Assembly: GCA_040285825.1 (NCBI GenBank)
Contig: JAUPSS010000004.1
Location: 5,671,784-5,735,783 of the forward strand
From: Eukaryota sp. TZLM1-RC
Taxonomy: Eukaryota; Protista; Metamonada: BaSk clade
Direction: 5' to 3'
Length of the DNA stretch: 64,000 nt
This document shows, piece by piece, positions 1 to 11,704 of the stretch; position 1 is the stretch's first letter; each line of letters begins with the position of its first letter. The notes under the pieces were generated by a model. The model worked only from the letters and a program-made list of their open reading frames with translations. It did not search any database and had not been told where the DNA came from. The position numbers were made by a program, and so were the translations under genes.

Positions 1-246
1 GAATACAAACTTCTGTCTGGAATTTCTTGAATGGATATGGGGAAACATGATTGCCATAAGTCGGGAGATAAACTGGATATTTCTTCTCTTAAGTTATCCA
101 GGAATAGGCTACTTGTATTTTCAAGAAGATTTTCGGCAAAAGGATATCTTCTAGAGAATTCAAATACAAAATTTTTTCCACCACCAATAAATGCAGCTTT
201 GGTCAAATATTTTGATGAATTGAATCCAACACCGCCAAGTTGAACA
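1..246 (-). mobile_element. Family B internal fragment (post-RT region)
   Basis: Reverse complement of B sequence as at 7555-7797 and 61930-62175. Confidence 0.85.
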
Positions 247-619
247 CACATATCTTGTAAAAGTATGTTAAAAAAAAGTAAAAGATTTGCAAAAGCGGGA
301 TTCTTTTTCTTGGCCAAGCCAAGTCTAACATCAAAATCCAAGCTTTCAAAAATCTTTGACAATTTTTGTTGAAGTTTTTTACAGCAAAACTGTAAATTAA
401 ATAGAGATCGGTTTGGAATTTCTTGAATTGATTGAGGAAAACATTTGGTCCAAATTTGTGGCGGTAATTTTTCAAGTTCACAAGATAACTCATACAAATT
501 TTTTTTTAAAAAAAAATAGGGACATACAAATAGGGACTACAATTGGGGACTAACAGATGAGAATCATCAGGAAATCTACGAGAAAATTCATAAATAAAAT
601 TTTTGCCACCACCCAAGAA
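245..619 (-). mobile_element. Family A internal fragment carrying two tail-only micro-insertions
   Basis: Matches 33600-33920. Extra sequence at 264-277 (TSD gtaaaag) and 500-522 (TSD catacaaat). Confidence 0.8.
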
Positions 620-635
620 AAAATTGTACTAAAAA

Positions 636-2414
636 TTGTACTAAACCAGATTCAGTTGATTATTGGCTGCAAAATCCTGTCAATGCTTCTGAGGTATTGA
701 AACTGATTCAGCAAATGCCCACTGGAAAAGCTCCTGGGCCATCTTTGTTGAATTTTGACATGATCAAATCAGCTGTTGGACAGTGTCCTGAAATTGCTGA
801 TGATCTTGTTCTTTTTTTCAACAATCTTCTTACGTTAAAAATTAAAGTCCCTTTTGAGATGACCAGTGCTCGCTTAATTGCCCTTAAAAAAAGTCAATCC
901 AAAATCCGTCCAATTGCAATTGGAGAATCGTTTTCAAGAATTCTTGCGTCTCTTGTTTTCAATAGAATTGGGAAAAAAGCCAAGGAATTTTTCAGTCCGT
1001 TTCAATTTGGAATCAAGACAATTGATGGTGCTATTTCTGCTGCTCTTTCGTCGGATGTGTTTTTTAATTCTAGTGATTCTAATTACATCTTCAATTTAGA
1101 TTTTAAGAATGCTTTCAATTCTGTATCTCGTTCTTCCATTTTACCTTTGCTGCAAAAGCATTTTCCTGAAGTTGAGCCTTTTTTCTATTCATTTTATGGA
1201 AAATCATCCACATTGGTCTATGAAAACTTTGACCTGCTTTCGTCTTCAGGTGTTAAACAAGGTGATCCACTTGGTCCTTTTTTCTTTTGTCTGGCAATTC
1301 ATCCATTAATGTGCGAATTGAAAGAAAAATTCCCAGAAATAGATATTGCAGCATATATGGATGACATTTCTGTAATTGCAAGGATTTTATTGTTCGACTT
1401 AGCACGGCTAAGAAAGAAAATCCTGTTTTTGCAAATTTTTTGATTGATTTGAAGGACAGTTCATCTGCAGTTTTGATAAATCAAATTCCCCAGATTTATG
1501 GTCTATTTTTGAATGACGACCAATGGACCACTGCTATGAGAATGCGTTGTTATTTATGGCCTTGTAATTTGCCCAATGATTTGTTTTGCAAATGTGGAGC
1601 TGGTTTGACATTATCACATTTATTTAATCGTAATAGATTTATTTCCTATCGTTCTACGTTGCATGATGCAGTCAGAGATCAAATCCATGCAATGTGTAAT
1701 TCCTATCATATTGAATCTTTTGTAGAACCTTTGTTGAGGTCTCTTGATATAACTGAAAGCGTAAGAGATTCAGGATATGGAAAACGACGTGCTGATGTTG
1801 TTGTGCCCTCGTTTGATGATGTCATGAATGTTGTTGATGTCGTAACAGTGGATGTTTGCAAGAAAAATGCCTTGAAAAATGCTCAATCCGAAGTATCCCC
1901 CCTTGATGACTCCGAATTGTACAAACGGAAAAAGTATGCAAATCCTTTAAAAGAATTGAAACATGTTCGCCATGTAGATTACCAAATTTGCCCATTTGCT
2001 ATATCGTTGTATGGTCGTCTTGGAAAAACTGCTATGAATTTTATTGATGATTTTGAAAATCTTGTGAAAAGAAGAATGAATAAGCGTTTTGATCGTCGCT
2101 TGTGGCTAAATCGTATTGTTTTTACTATTTTCAAATCAATTCCTAAAATGATTTCGAAAGCTTTGATGTCTGTCAGTGCACATTACGAAGAAATTGCTGT
2201 TGTGAGGTTTGATGGTGTGGAAGCTTGTTTTGAAGATATTGACTTTTAGACTGTAGTTTAATAATAAATTAAAATTTTTCAAAAAAAAAGTAATTGCTCC
2301 TATTACAATTCTGAAACAAATAGCAACTTTTATTCAACAGCGTTATGAAGATATTGGTCTCTCATTGAATATCTCCAAATGTTTTATTGGCCATGAACCA
2401 ATTGATTTTTTCAT
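636..2414 (+). mobile_element. Family E RT fragment interrupted by a B insertion
   Basis: ORF 697-1443 is nearly identical to ORF 28285-29442. E resumes at 2290. Confidence 0.88.
1380..2289 (+). mobile_element. 5'-truncated family B copy (CCHC + RLE, poly-A) inserted in E
   Basis: ORF 1440-2249 ends EDIDF*, followed by AATAAA and an A-tail. TSD gtaattgc at 1372-1379 and 2290-2297. Confidence 0.9.
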
Positions 2415-2843
2415 TTTTTTTTGAAAAATTTTAATTTATTATTAAACTACAGTCTAAAAGTCAATATCTTCAAAACAAGCTTCCACACCATCAAACCTCA
2501 CAACAGCAATTTCTTCGTAATGTGCACTGACAGACATCAAAGCTTTCGAAATCATTTTGGGAATTGATTTGAAAATAGTAAAAACAATACGATTTAGCCA
2601 CAAGCGACGATCAAAACGCTTATTCATTCTTCTTTTCACAAGATTTTCAAAATCATCAATAAAATTCATAGCAGTTTTTCCAAGACGACCATACAACGAT
2701 ATAGCAAATGGGCAAATTTGGTAATCTACATGGCGAACATGTTTCAATTCTTTTAAAGGATTTGCATACTTTTTCCGTTTGTACAATTCGGAGTCATCAA
2801 GGGGGGATACTTCGGATTGAGCATTTTTCAAGGCATTTTTCTT
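2415..2843 (-). mobile_element. 5'-truncated family B 3' end
   Basis: Poly-T, then the reverse complement of the B 3' end; inverted near-copy of 1860-2289. Confidence 0.88.
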
Positions 2844-2847
2844 CAAA

Positions 2848-3968
2848 ATCAAAAGTAATTCCAGATGGACCTGGAGCTTTTCCAGATGGAAGACGGAAAA
2901 TGGCAGTTTCAACTTCTTTTTCAGAAAGTTTTTTTTTAAAAAAATTTAATTTTATTCTAAACCTATAAATCAACATCTAAAAAATCCATCTCTCCCAAAA
3001 CAAAAACACTAGATGCAACTCTCTCATAGTGAGATCCAAGAGAAAGCAAAGCATCAGAAACCATCTTCAACATCCCCTTAAAAATAGAAAACACAATTCT
3101 ATTTTGCCAAAACAATCTGTTGAAATTTCTGCCAGTTCTTCTCTTTACAATCATTTCAAAATCATCCAAAAAACGTAAAGCAGTTGGTGCAAGTGAGCCA
3201 AAAAGGGAAAATACAAATGGATACAAATTGTATTTTTGCATGCTGTAGACTGGCCAATTTGGACAAAGGTTCATTATATTTTTTTGAATTTAAAATTTTC
3301 AGCATTTGAAAGGGGATTATGAATTTCAGAATTAACAAGCCTTTCATTTGAGGCATTACAAGGATCAACAGACATTACATCCAATAAAAAATTAATAAAA
3401 TTAATAAAAAATTTTCAGAAAGTGGATTTTGTTTCCAAAATTGTGAAGCAGATGGTTTATCCAAATTAAGAAATTCAGCTGGATGCAGATCCACTAATTG
3501 ATTTACAGTTTCATCAGTCACAGGAGCAAGATCAGATGAGAACAGAGCGTTTTTCCCTGAACCATATCTCCCACGTAGCAAAAGTTTTCGTACAGTCTTA
3601 TTCTTGGGTTGTTTCTTTGGAGTGAAAACCTTTTGGGGACGAGAACCTGATTTTTGTTCAAGGAAGAATTTCCAAATAGAAAATATATCCCATTCTCCTT
3701 TTTTCAAAGCAAGACTGAATGTTCTAAACGCAACAGAAAAGGGAATTGAAGCCTTGGGACTAAGAACATTCGGAATCTTACATGGAGGCCGTAGTGTATC
3801 AAGTGAGGAGCAAACATGGCATACATATAAATTATTTTTTAAAATATATCTTTCAGCTTTTTCATTACAAATAGCACAATTATCAATTTGACCTGCTTCA
3901 CTACAAATGTCTAACATCACTGCATCATTGTCTTCTGCAGTGCACTCATGTTTGGGAGGTAAATTAAA
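2848..3968 (-). mobile_element. Family B N-terminal fragment (C4 finger) with a nested 5'-truncated A (2930-3411, -)
   Basis: ORF 3375-3920 has CAIC-x15-CHVC. The A insert is flanked by TSD ttttcagaaagt at 2918-2929 and 3412-3423. Duplicated at 10666-11147. Confidence 0.88.
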
Positions 3969-3973
3969 TTAAA

Positions 3974-4145
3974 TCTATTTTTAAGGGAATGGTAACACTA
4001 ATTTCTGATTCACTATCTTCTTTTGGGAAATTTTATGAATCTTTAGCGATTAATTGTTTTGATGTAGGGGAGGCAGGTTTTGAGGATGTGGAGTTTTAAT
4101 TGTGTATTTCATATTTGTTGTTGAATAAAAATAAATCAAAAAAAA
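3974..4145 (+). mobile_element. Family D 3' end (also about 11710-11880)
   Basis: Matches 21457-21620, ends EDVEF*, A-tail. Confidence 0.85.
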
Positions 4146-4155
4146 GAAGAAATTG

Positions 4156-4780
4156 ATTATATGCCATGTGCAAAAGTTTCAATATAGAGGCATTTATTGA
4201 GCCACTAGTACGTAAGCTGTCTTCAGATCAAACAGATGATTCCTTTGGTAAAAGAAGGGCAGATTTAGTAGCTCCAGGGATCGATGGTGTTCTCAATGTT
4301 GTAGACGTTGTCTCAGTGGATGTTTGCAAAAATTCTGCTGCTCGTTTATTGTATTCCGCTGACTCGCCGTTATCTAACGCCGAAAAAAAGAAGATAAAAA
4401 AATATGAATAACCTTTGGCACAGTTAGGTAGAGTGGAACATGTGAAATATCAGTTTGTGCCGTTTGCAATTTCTCTTTTTGGCAATATTGGACCTTCAGG
4501 CTTGCACTTTTTGGAAAATTTTAAAAAAGTGTTACTGAATAGGTCTGGTAAAACAATGAACTCCACTTTCTGGTTAAATAGAATTGTTTTTTGCATTTTC
4601 AAGTCTATTCCAACAATGATTTCAAAGGCACTTTTAGCTATTGGTGTAGAATATGAACGTAATGCTGTGAGTAGGTTCAGTAATAGTGACGCTTGTTTGG
4701 AGGATATTGAATTCTAGATGGGTTTTTTATCTCAATAATTATTCCAGTTTTAAAAATAAAAATTATTCCAGTAAAAAAAA
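4156..4780 (+). mobile_element. Family E 3' end, RLE domain (also about 11892-12514)
   Basis: ORFs 4166-4717 end EDIEF*; reverse complement of 22694-23318. Confidence 0.88.
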
Positions 4781-5327
4781 TGTAGAAGCTTTGTCTTTGA
4801 CACGATCGAAGACAATTGATGCTAGCAAACGAGAAAGAGATTCACCAACAGCAATTGGGCGTATTCCATCAGGTTTGATTCCGTTTCCAGGCTTTACTAA
4901 AGCAATCAGACGTGCTGCGAGTAATTCAAATGGAGGATTAATTTTCAAAACAATCAATTGTTGAAAATAGTGGGCTAGATCATCAGCAATTTCGGGAGCA
5001 CTGGAACACGCTATTTTTAACAGATCAAAAGAAATTCCAGATGGGCCTGCTGCTTTCCCCTTTGGCAATTTTTGAATAGCTTTATGAACTTCAATTGCAG
5101 TAATAGGATTTTCAATCCAAAAAGGACACACTTCAGGCTTGCTGCACTTGAAATTTTCTTGAGGATGCAACTTTTGAAGTTTTTCAAGGGTATCAGAGTT
5201 TGCATCAGCCAAAGAAGAGGAAAACAAAGACTGCTTTGCGGCACCATAACGACCACGTAAGCACAATTTACGGCAAATTTTTGATTTTACAATTTTTCTA
5301 TTTCCAAATTTTTTCTTAAAACAATTT
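4781..5327 (-). mobile_element. Family A fragment, start of RT (also about 12515-13061)
   Basis: ORF 4763-5266 is nearly identical to 22208-22711. Confidence 0.88.
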
Positions 5328-5328
5328 C

Positions 5329-5632
5329 TGGAAAAAAATCAGACTTAATTTTTGACTCCTTTACCCTTGAATCTTCTTCTGGTGTGAAACAAGGTGATCC
5401 TCTTGGCCCTTTGCTGTTTTGTTTGGCTATTCATAATATTATTAAAATGACACAACAAGATTTCCCTGATTTGCGTATTGTTGCCTATATGGATGACATT
5501 TCTACTATTGGTTCTTTTGAAAGCATTTCTAGGGTTTCTGAAGACATTGCGGCGAAATACAAAGAAATTGGTTTAGCTTTGAACCCATCTAAATGTCTCT
5601 TGATTGGTAAAGAAAAACAATCTTTGATGATT
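5329..5632 (+). mobile_element. Family D RT core fragment (also about 13063-13366)
   Basis: QGDPLGP...YMDD, matches 19759-20060. Confidence 0.85.
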
Positions 5633-6781
5633 TTTTTTAAGTACTTTTAATTTATTTTCAAAACCACAGTCTAAAAGTCAATATCTTCAAAACAAGCTTC
5701 CACACCATCAAACCTTACAGCAGCAATGTTTTCATAATGTGCACTGACAGATATTAAAGCTTTCGAAATCATTTTAGGAATTGATTTGAAAATAGTAAAA
5801 ACAATACGATTTAGCCACAAGCGACGATCAAAACGCTTATTCATTCTTTTTTTCACAAGATTTTCAAAATCATCAATAAAATTCAAAGCAGTTTTTCCAA
5901 GACGACCATACAACGATATAGCAAATGGGCAAATTTGGTAATCTACATGGCGAACATGTTTCAATTCTTTTAAAGGATTTGCATACTTTTTCCGTTTGTA
6001 CAATTCGGAGTCATCAAGGGGGGATACTTCGGATTGAGCATTTTTCAAGGCATTTTTCTTGCAAACATCCACTGTTACGACATCAACAACATTCATGACA
6101 TCATCAAACGAGGGCACAACAACATCAGCACGTCGTTTTCCATATTCTGAATCTCTTACACTTTCATTTATATCAAGAGACCTCAACAAAGGTTCTACAA
6201 AAGATTCAATATGATAGGAATTACACATTGCATGGATTTGATCTCTGACTGCATCATGCAACGTAGAACGATAGGAAATATATCTATTACAATTAAATAA
6301 ATGTGATAATGTCAAACCAGCTCCACATTTACAAAACAAATCATTGGGCAAATTACAAGGCCATAAATAACAACGCATTCTCATAGCAGTGGTCCATTGG
6401 TCGTCATTCAAAATAGACCATAAATCTGGGGAATTTGATTTATCAAAACTGCAGATGAACTGTCCTTCAAATCAATCAAAAAATTGGCAAAAGCAGGATT
6501 TTCTTTCTTAGCCGTGCTAAGTCAACAATAAAATCCTTGTTTTCAAAATTTTTCAAAAGATGTCGTTGGAGCTTTTTCAACGCAAATTTTAATGAATATA
6601 AACTTCTGTCTGGAATTTCTTGAATGGATATGGGGAAACATGATTGCCATAAGTCGGGAGATAAACTGGATATTTCTTCTCTTAAGTTATCCAGGAATAT
6701 GCTATTTGTATTTTCAAGAAGATTTTCGGCAAAAGGATATCTTCTAGAGAATTCAAATACAAAATTTTTTCCACCACCAAT
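5633..6781 (-). mobile_element. 5'-truncated family B copy (also about 13367-14514)
   Basis: ORFs 5671-6411 and 6476-6787; T-tail at 5633. Confidence 0.88.
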
Positions 6782-7798
6782 TGTCACGAAAATAGTTGCA
6801 TTTTTAATCTTGATTTCAAAAATGCTTTCAATTCAGTGAAAAGAGATTCAATTTGGAAAGAAATCAAATCAAATTTTCCTGAACTCGAAACCTTTTTTTA
6901 TAGGTTTTATGGTAATTCATCTGATTTAATTTTTTAATTCTTTTTAATCTGGATTCTTTATCAGGAGTTAAACAAGGAGACCCTTTAGGTCCTTTCTTTT
7001 TTTGTCTTGCAATTCACCCAATTTTGAAAAAATTAAAAGAAGAAAATTCTGACCTTCAAGTGGTAGCTTACATGGATGACATTTCTTGTATTGGTCCAGA
7101 AAGTACAATTAATAGGGTTGCTAATGAAGCTGCTACATTATACCAATCCATAGGTCTTGATTTGAATGTTCAAAAATGTTTTTGTATTTCTAGAAAAAAT
7201 GTTAAGTTAATAATTAATTCCCTCGAAGTTCCATATATTGATTATACTTCAACTAGTTTCTGCTTTCTGGGTTGCTATTTAGGTTCCGCCGAAAAAACAC
7301 TTGATAGCCTTGAAAATTATTTAAATTCAATTAAAAAAGAGCTGGAAGTCATAAAGACTCTTGAATTGGAAAAACATCTTAAGTTTTTTCTTTTGAAAAT
7401 TTGTTATGCTGGAAAAATTACTCATTTACTGAGATCATTACCTCCATCCCTAACTTACAATTTTTGTAGACAATTTAACAAAATACGTACCCAATTTTTG
7501 GCTTATTTAATGGCTGTTGATCCATCAATTTTGAAAAATCATATTGTTTCTGATGTTCAACTTGGCGGTGTTGGATTCAATTCATCAAAATATTTGACCA
7601 AAGCTGCATTTATTGGTGGTGGAAAAAATTTTGTATTTGAATTCTCCAGAAGATATCCTTTTGCCGAAAATCTTCTTGAAACTACAAATAGCCTATTCCT
7701 CGATAACTTAAGAGAAGAAATTTCCAGTTTATCTCCAGACTTATGGCAATCATGTTTCCCCATATCTATTCAAGACATTCCAGACAGAAGTTTGTATT
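6778..7798 (+). mobile_element. Family B RT/thumb fragment (also about 14511-15527)
   Basis: N-terminal part of ORF 7024-8313 (YMDD). Confidence 0.88.
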
Positions 7799-7801
7799 GT
7801 A

Positions 7802-8267
7802 TTTTTTTTCCTCCCTCCCTTAGTCAACCCTTTCATATTTCACTTTCTGTCAAAGCGTCAAAGTCGTACTGTTTCTCTGTCAAAACGATGCCTTTGGCTG
7901 ATAGTGACTCTGATACTGATTGGAACGCCCAAGCAAAGATTCTACCAGTCAGATCAAGCTCATCCACTCCACTTCCCCACTCTCCCCACAATACAAGCTA
8001 TGCTCGAAATTCATCTCAAAAAAATTTTCATTCAAAAACTGATCATTGTACCAGAAAAAACACAGAAAAACCACCATTACGTTCCTTGCGTTCTGTTGCG
8101 CGTTCTATTAACAACTCCGTTTCTCGAAATTTGTTTTCTCCAGCTGAAACTGCAAAAAGTCAAAAGTCTATTTCTACTTTTAACTCACAAATTAACAAAA
8201 TTGAAAGAACTGAAAAAATGAAACCACTGCCATTAAAAGGTTCTAAAAAATGTTCGATTTGTGATAT
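7802..8267 (+). mobile_element. Family A 5' end (oligo-T leader, 5' UTR, ATG 7888)
   Basis: Matches 23370-23835. Confidence 0.88.
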
Positions 8268-8282
8268 GATGCTTTCAATTCT

Positions 8283-9623
8283 AAAAATTAATTTATTGAA
8301 TTTGCACACTTGATTAAATTAAATCATAACTAATGGGACGACTATCATTAAACCAAGATTTCCTCTACAAAATCTTGATTTGCTTGCTGTCTAGCTAAAG
8401 CTTCTCTAATTCGATTGAAAAACCGCGGTAATCTATTAATAATGGCAAATTGAATCCGTGAACGCCGAAAAAAATATCAAATCTTTTCATTGTTTTTTCT
8501 TTCACCATTTTTTGGAAGTCATCCAAAAAAGTTTCTGCTTCAACTGATAATCTTCCATTTATCGAAAATGGAAAAGCAATAAAAACCAGCTGTGTATTTC
8601 TATCGATATTTGCATCTTCAATTTCTTTATCATATTTTCTATGTTTTTCTTTTGCTTTAAAATCCAGAGCAGCCACAGGATTAAGTTTTCTTCTGTGAAC
8701 CAAAGTATCGTTTGCAACATTACATGAGACAAAGTCAACAATAGCTTCAGAATTATCAATCCAATCACAGTATACATCACCTCTATCATCAGAACCAAAA
8801 TTATTCAGAGAAAGTGTTTCTTTCAGCAGGGGCTCTTTGATACACGATATCCTTGCAGTTTGTGCCATATTGAAAACAGTGTCTCTAACAGCATCATGTA
8901 ATGAAGAACGATAAGTTATCAATTTAGAGCAATTTAGAGCATGGCGCAAAGTGAGTTGAGGTGAATTCGAACAAATACATTTTTCTTTTGATAATAATTG
9001 GTTAATGGGGATGTTCAAATATAATCTCATTTTTGTTACAAATGCTTCATTAGTAGCACACAATCCAAATCTTCGTGGTACAATGGTTACAAAAAGTGAA
9101 GAATCTGACACCTTGTTTTCACAAACACCCTTTTCCAATAACAATGAATGAAGATCTTGATTTAAAACAGCCGAGCTGCAAATATTATTATAAAGATCTT
9201 TTTCATACATTCCAGTCAATCTTTTCTGTAATGTTCGAAGAGTGTACTTCAAATTTAAAACATTTTTTTCTGGAATATTGCCATTGAATGATTGGGGAAA
9301 ACATCGACCCCATTTTTCTACATCAATTCTTGAAATTTCTTCATTTAATGCAAAAACAGTGGAACTTTGCGTTGTCATCAATAAATCTTCCCAATCTGCA
9401 AATCTTTCGGAGAACTCAAAGATTGCATTTCTGCATCCACCAACAAAAGCACACGAGGTAAGAATAGAAGCCTTCGTCCACCCTAAACCACCATATTGTG
9501 GACTAAGGTAAGCATGATCTGGAATTTGAAACATTTTACATCCCAGTAATTGAGACAGAACTTTTGCACGTAACTCATTAAACTTTTGAGCCAAAGGTCT
9601 AGTGACGAGAGGATTTGTAGATC
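8283..9623 (-). mobile_element. Family C 3' portion
   Basis: Reverse complement of 50849-52185. Confidence 0.9.
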
Positions 9624-10032
9624 TCAGTAAATGTGTAATTTTTCCAGCATAACAAATTTTCAAAAGAAAAAACTTAAGATGTTTTTCCAATTCAAGAGTC
9701 TTTATGACTTCTAGCTCTTTTTTAATTGAATTTAAATAATTTTCAAGGCTATCAAGTGTTTTTTCGGCGGAACCTAAATAGCAACCAAGAAAGCAGAAAC
9801 TAGTTGAAGTATAATCAATATATGGAACTTCAAGGGAATTAATTATTAACTTAACATTTTTCCTAGAAATACAAAAACATTTTTGAACATTCAACTCAAG
9901 ACCTATGGATTGGTATAATGTAGCAGCTTCATTAGCAACCCTATTAATTGTACTTTCTGGACCAGTACAAGAAATGTCATCCATGTAAGCTACCACTTGA
10001 AGGTCAGAATTTTCTTCTTTTAATTTTTTCAA
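8395..10032 (-). CDS. In-frame chimeric ORF: family B RT fused to the family C C-terminal half (CCHC-RLE)
   Basis: B sequence up to GKITHLLRS, then C sequence from TNPLVTRP; shared gatc at 9620-9623. Confidence 0.8.
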   Translation of the reverse strand: MKKLKEENSDLQVVAYMDDISCTGPESTINRVANEAATLYQSIGLELNVQKCFCISRKNVKLIINSLEVPYIDYTSTSFCFLGCYLGSAEKTLDSLENYLNSIKKELEVIKTLELEKHLKFFLLKICYAGKITHLLRSTNPLVTRPLAQKFNELRAKVLSQLLGCKMFQIPDHAYLSPQYGGLGWTKASILTSCAFVGGCRNAIFEFSERFADWEDLLMTTQSSTVFALNEEISRIDVEKWGRCFPQSFNGNIPEKNVLNLKYTLRTLQKRLTGMYEKDLYNNICSSAVLNQDLHSLLLEKGVCENKVSDSSLFVTIVPRRFGLCATNEAFVTKMRLYLNIPINQLLSKEKCICSNSPQLTLRHALNCSKLITYRSSLHDAVRDTVFNMAQTARISCIKEPLLKETLSLNNFGSDDRGDVYCDWIDNSEAIVDFVSCNVANDTLVHRRKLNPVAALDFKAKEKHRKYDKEIEDANIDRNTQLVFIAFPFSINGRLSVEAETFLDDFQKMVKEKTMKRFDIFFGVHGFNLPLLIDYRGFSIELEKL

Positions 10033-11704
10033 AATTGGGTGAATTGCAAGACAAAAAAAGAAAGGACCTAAAGGGTCTCCTTGTTTAACTCCTGATAAAG
10101 AATCCAGATTAAAAGAATTAAAAATTAAATCAGATGAATTACCATAAAACCTATAAAAAAAGGTTTCGAGTTCAGGAAAATTTGATTTGATTTCTTTCCA
10201 AATTGAATCTCTCTTTTCACTGAATTGAAAGCATTTTTGAAATCAAGATTAAAAATGCAACTATTTTCGTGACAATTGAAAAACAAATCAGATGTCAAAG
10301 CTGCAACTGAAGCTCCATCTATGGTTTTGATTCCATATTGGAATGGAGAAAAGTATTCTTTAGCTTTTGTTGAAACTCGATTAAAAATTACTGAAGACAT
10401 CAGGCGATAAATGGCTTCACCTATAGCAATTGGGCGAACTTTTCCATTAGGTTTAGTTAAAGCCACTAACCGTGATGCACTTAATTCTTTGGGTGGAACA
10501 ATTTTCATTGTCAAAACATCTTGAAAAAAGGAACATAAATCTTTAATAATAAAGGAATTTTGGCGGCACACAGATTTCAGCATATCAAAAGTAATTCCAG
10601 ATGGACCTGGAGCTTTTCCAGATGGAAGACGGAAAATGGCAGTTTCAACTTCTTTTTCAGAAAGTTTTTTTTTTAAAAAAAATTTAATTTTATTCTAAAC
10701 CTATAAATCAACATCTAAAAAATCCATCTCTCCCAAAACAAAAACACTAGATGCAACTCTCTCATAGTGAGATCCAAGAGAAAGCAAAGCATCAGAAACC
10801 ATCTTCAACATCCCCTTAAAAATAGAAAACACAATTCTATTTTGCCAAAACAATCTGTTGAAATTTCTGCCAGTTCTTCTCTTTACAATCATTTCAAAAT
10901 CATCCAAAAAACGTAAAGCAGTTGGTGCAAGTGAGCCAAAAAGGGAAAATACAAATGGATACAAATTGTATTTTGCATGCTGTAGACTGGCCAATTTGGA
11001 CAAAGGTTCATTATATTTTTTGAATTTAAAATTTTCAGCATTTGAAAGGGGATTATGAATTTCAGAATTAACAAGCCTTTCATTTGAGGCATTACAAGGA
11101 TCAACAGACATTACATCCAATAAAAAATTAATAAAATTAATAAAAAATTTTCAGAAAGTGGATTTTGTTTCCAAAATTGTGAAGCAGATGGTTTATCCAA
11201 ATTAAGAAATTCAGCTGGATGCAGATCCACTAATTGATTTACAGTTTCATCAGTCACAGGAGCAAGATCAGATGAGAACAGAGCGTTTTTCCCTGAACCA
11301 TATCTCCCACGTAGCAAAAGTTTTCGTACAGTCTTATTCTTGGGTTGTTTCTTTGGAGTGAAAACCTTTTGGGGACGAGAACCTGATTTTTGTTCAAGGA
11401 AGAATTTCCAAATAGAAAATATATCCCATTCTCCTTTTTTCAAAGCAAGACTGAATGTTCTAAACGCAACAGAAAAGGGAATGGAAGCCTTGGGACTAAG
11501 AACATTCGGAATCTTACATGGAGGCCGTAGTGTATCAAGTGAGGAGCAAACATGGCATACATATAAATTATTTTTTAAAATATATCTTTCAGCTTTTTCA
11601 TTACAAATAGCACAATTATCAATTTGACTTGCTTCAAGGGGAATATCTAACATCACTGCATCATTGTCTTCTGCAGTGCACTCATGTTTGGGAGGTAAAT
11701 TAAA
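9620..11704 (-). mobile_element. Family B fragment (N-terminal to RT) with nested A (10666-11147)
   Basis: ORFs 10125-10583 and 11111-11656; TSD at 10654-10665 and 11148-11159. Confidence 0.88.

Larger units (their letters stand above)
2848..9623. repeat. Segmental direct duplication, copy 1 (copy 2 = 10584-17363; offset about 7736 bp)
   Basis: Same order of fragments and same junctions. ORF offsets 3375/11111, 4166/11902 and 5384/13118. Confidence 0.93.

Noticed and set aside
1860-2843. Terminal inverted repeats of a DNA transposon
   Set aside because: The inverted match is two tail-to-tail B 3' ends; there is no transposase.
5633-7798. Twin-priming 5' inversion of a single B insertion
   Set aside because: The overlapping parts differ at several codons (ENTNSIF/QEIP vs ETTNSLF/QDIP), implying two donors, and no bracketing TSD was found.
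7024-8313. 429-aa ORF (and 18632-19087, 18828-19244, 62387-62908) as novel fusion proteins
   Set aside because: These are chance read-throughs across non-homologous insertion junctions, with scrambled domain order.
10858-11104. Recurrent short ORFs (MKFLPVLL.., MILVMPQM.., MDMGKHDC.., MGKFGNLH..) as small genes
   Set aside because: They are antisense or alternative-frame shadows of the polyprotein, recurring only because the DNA is repeated.
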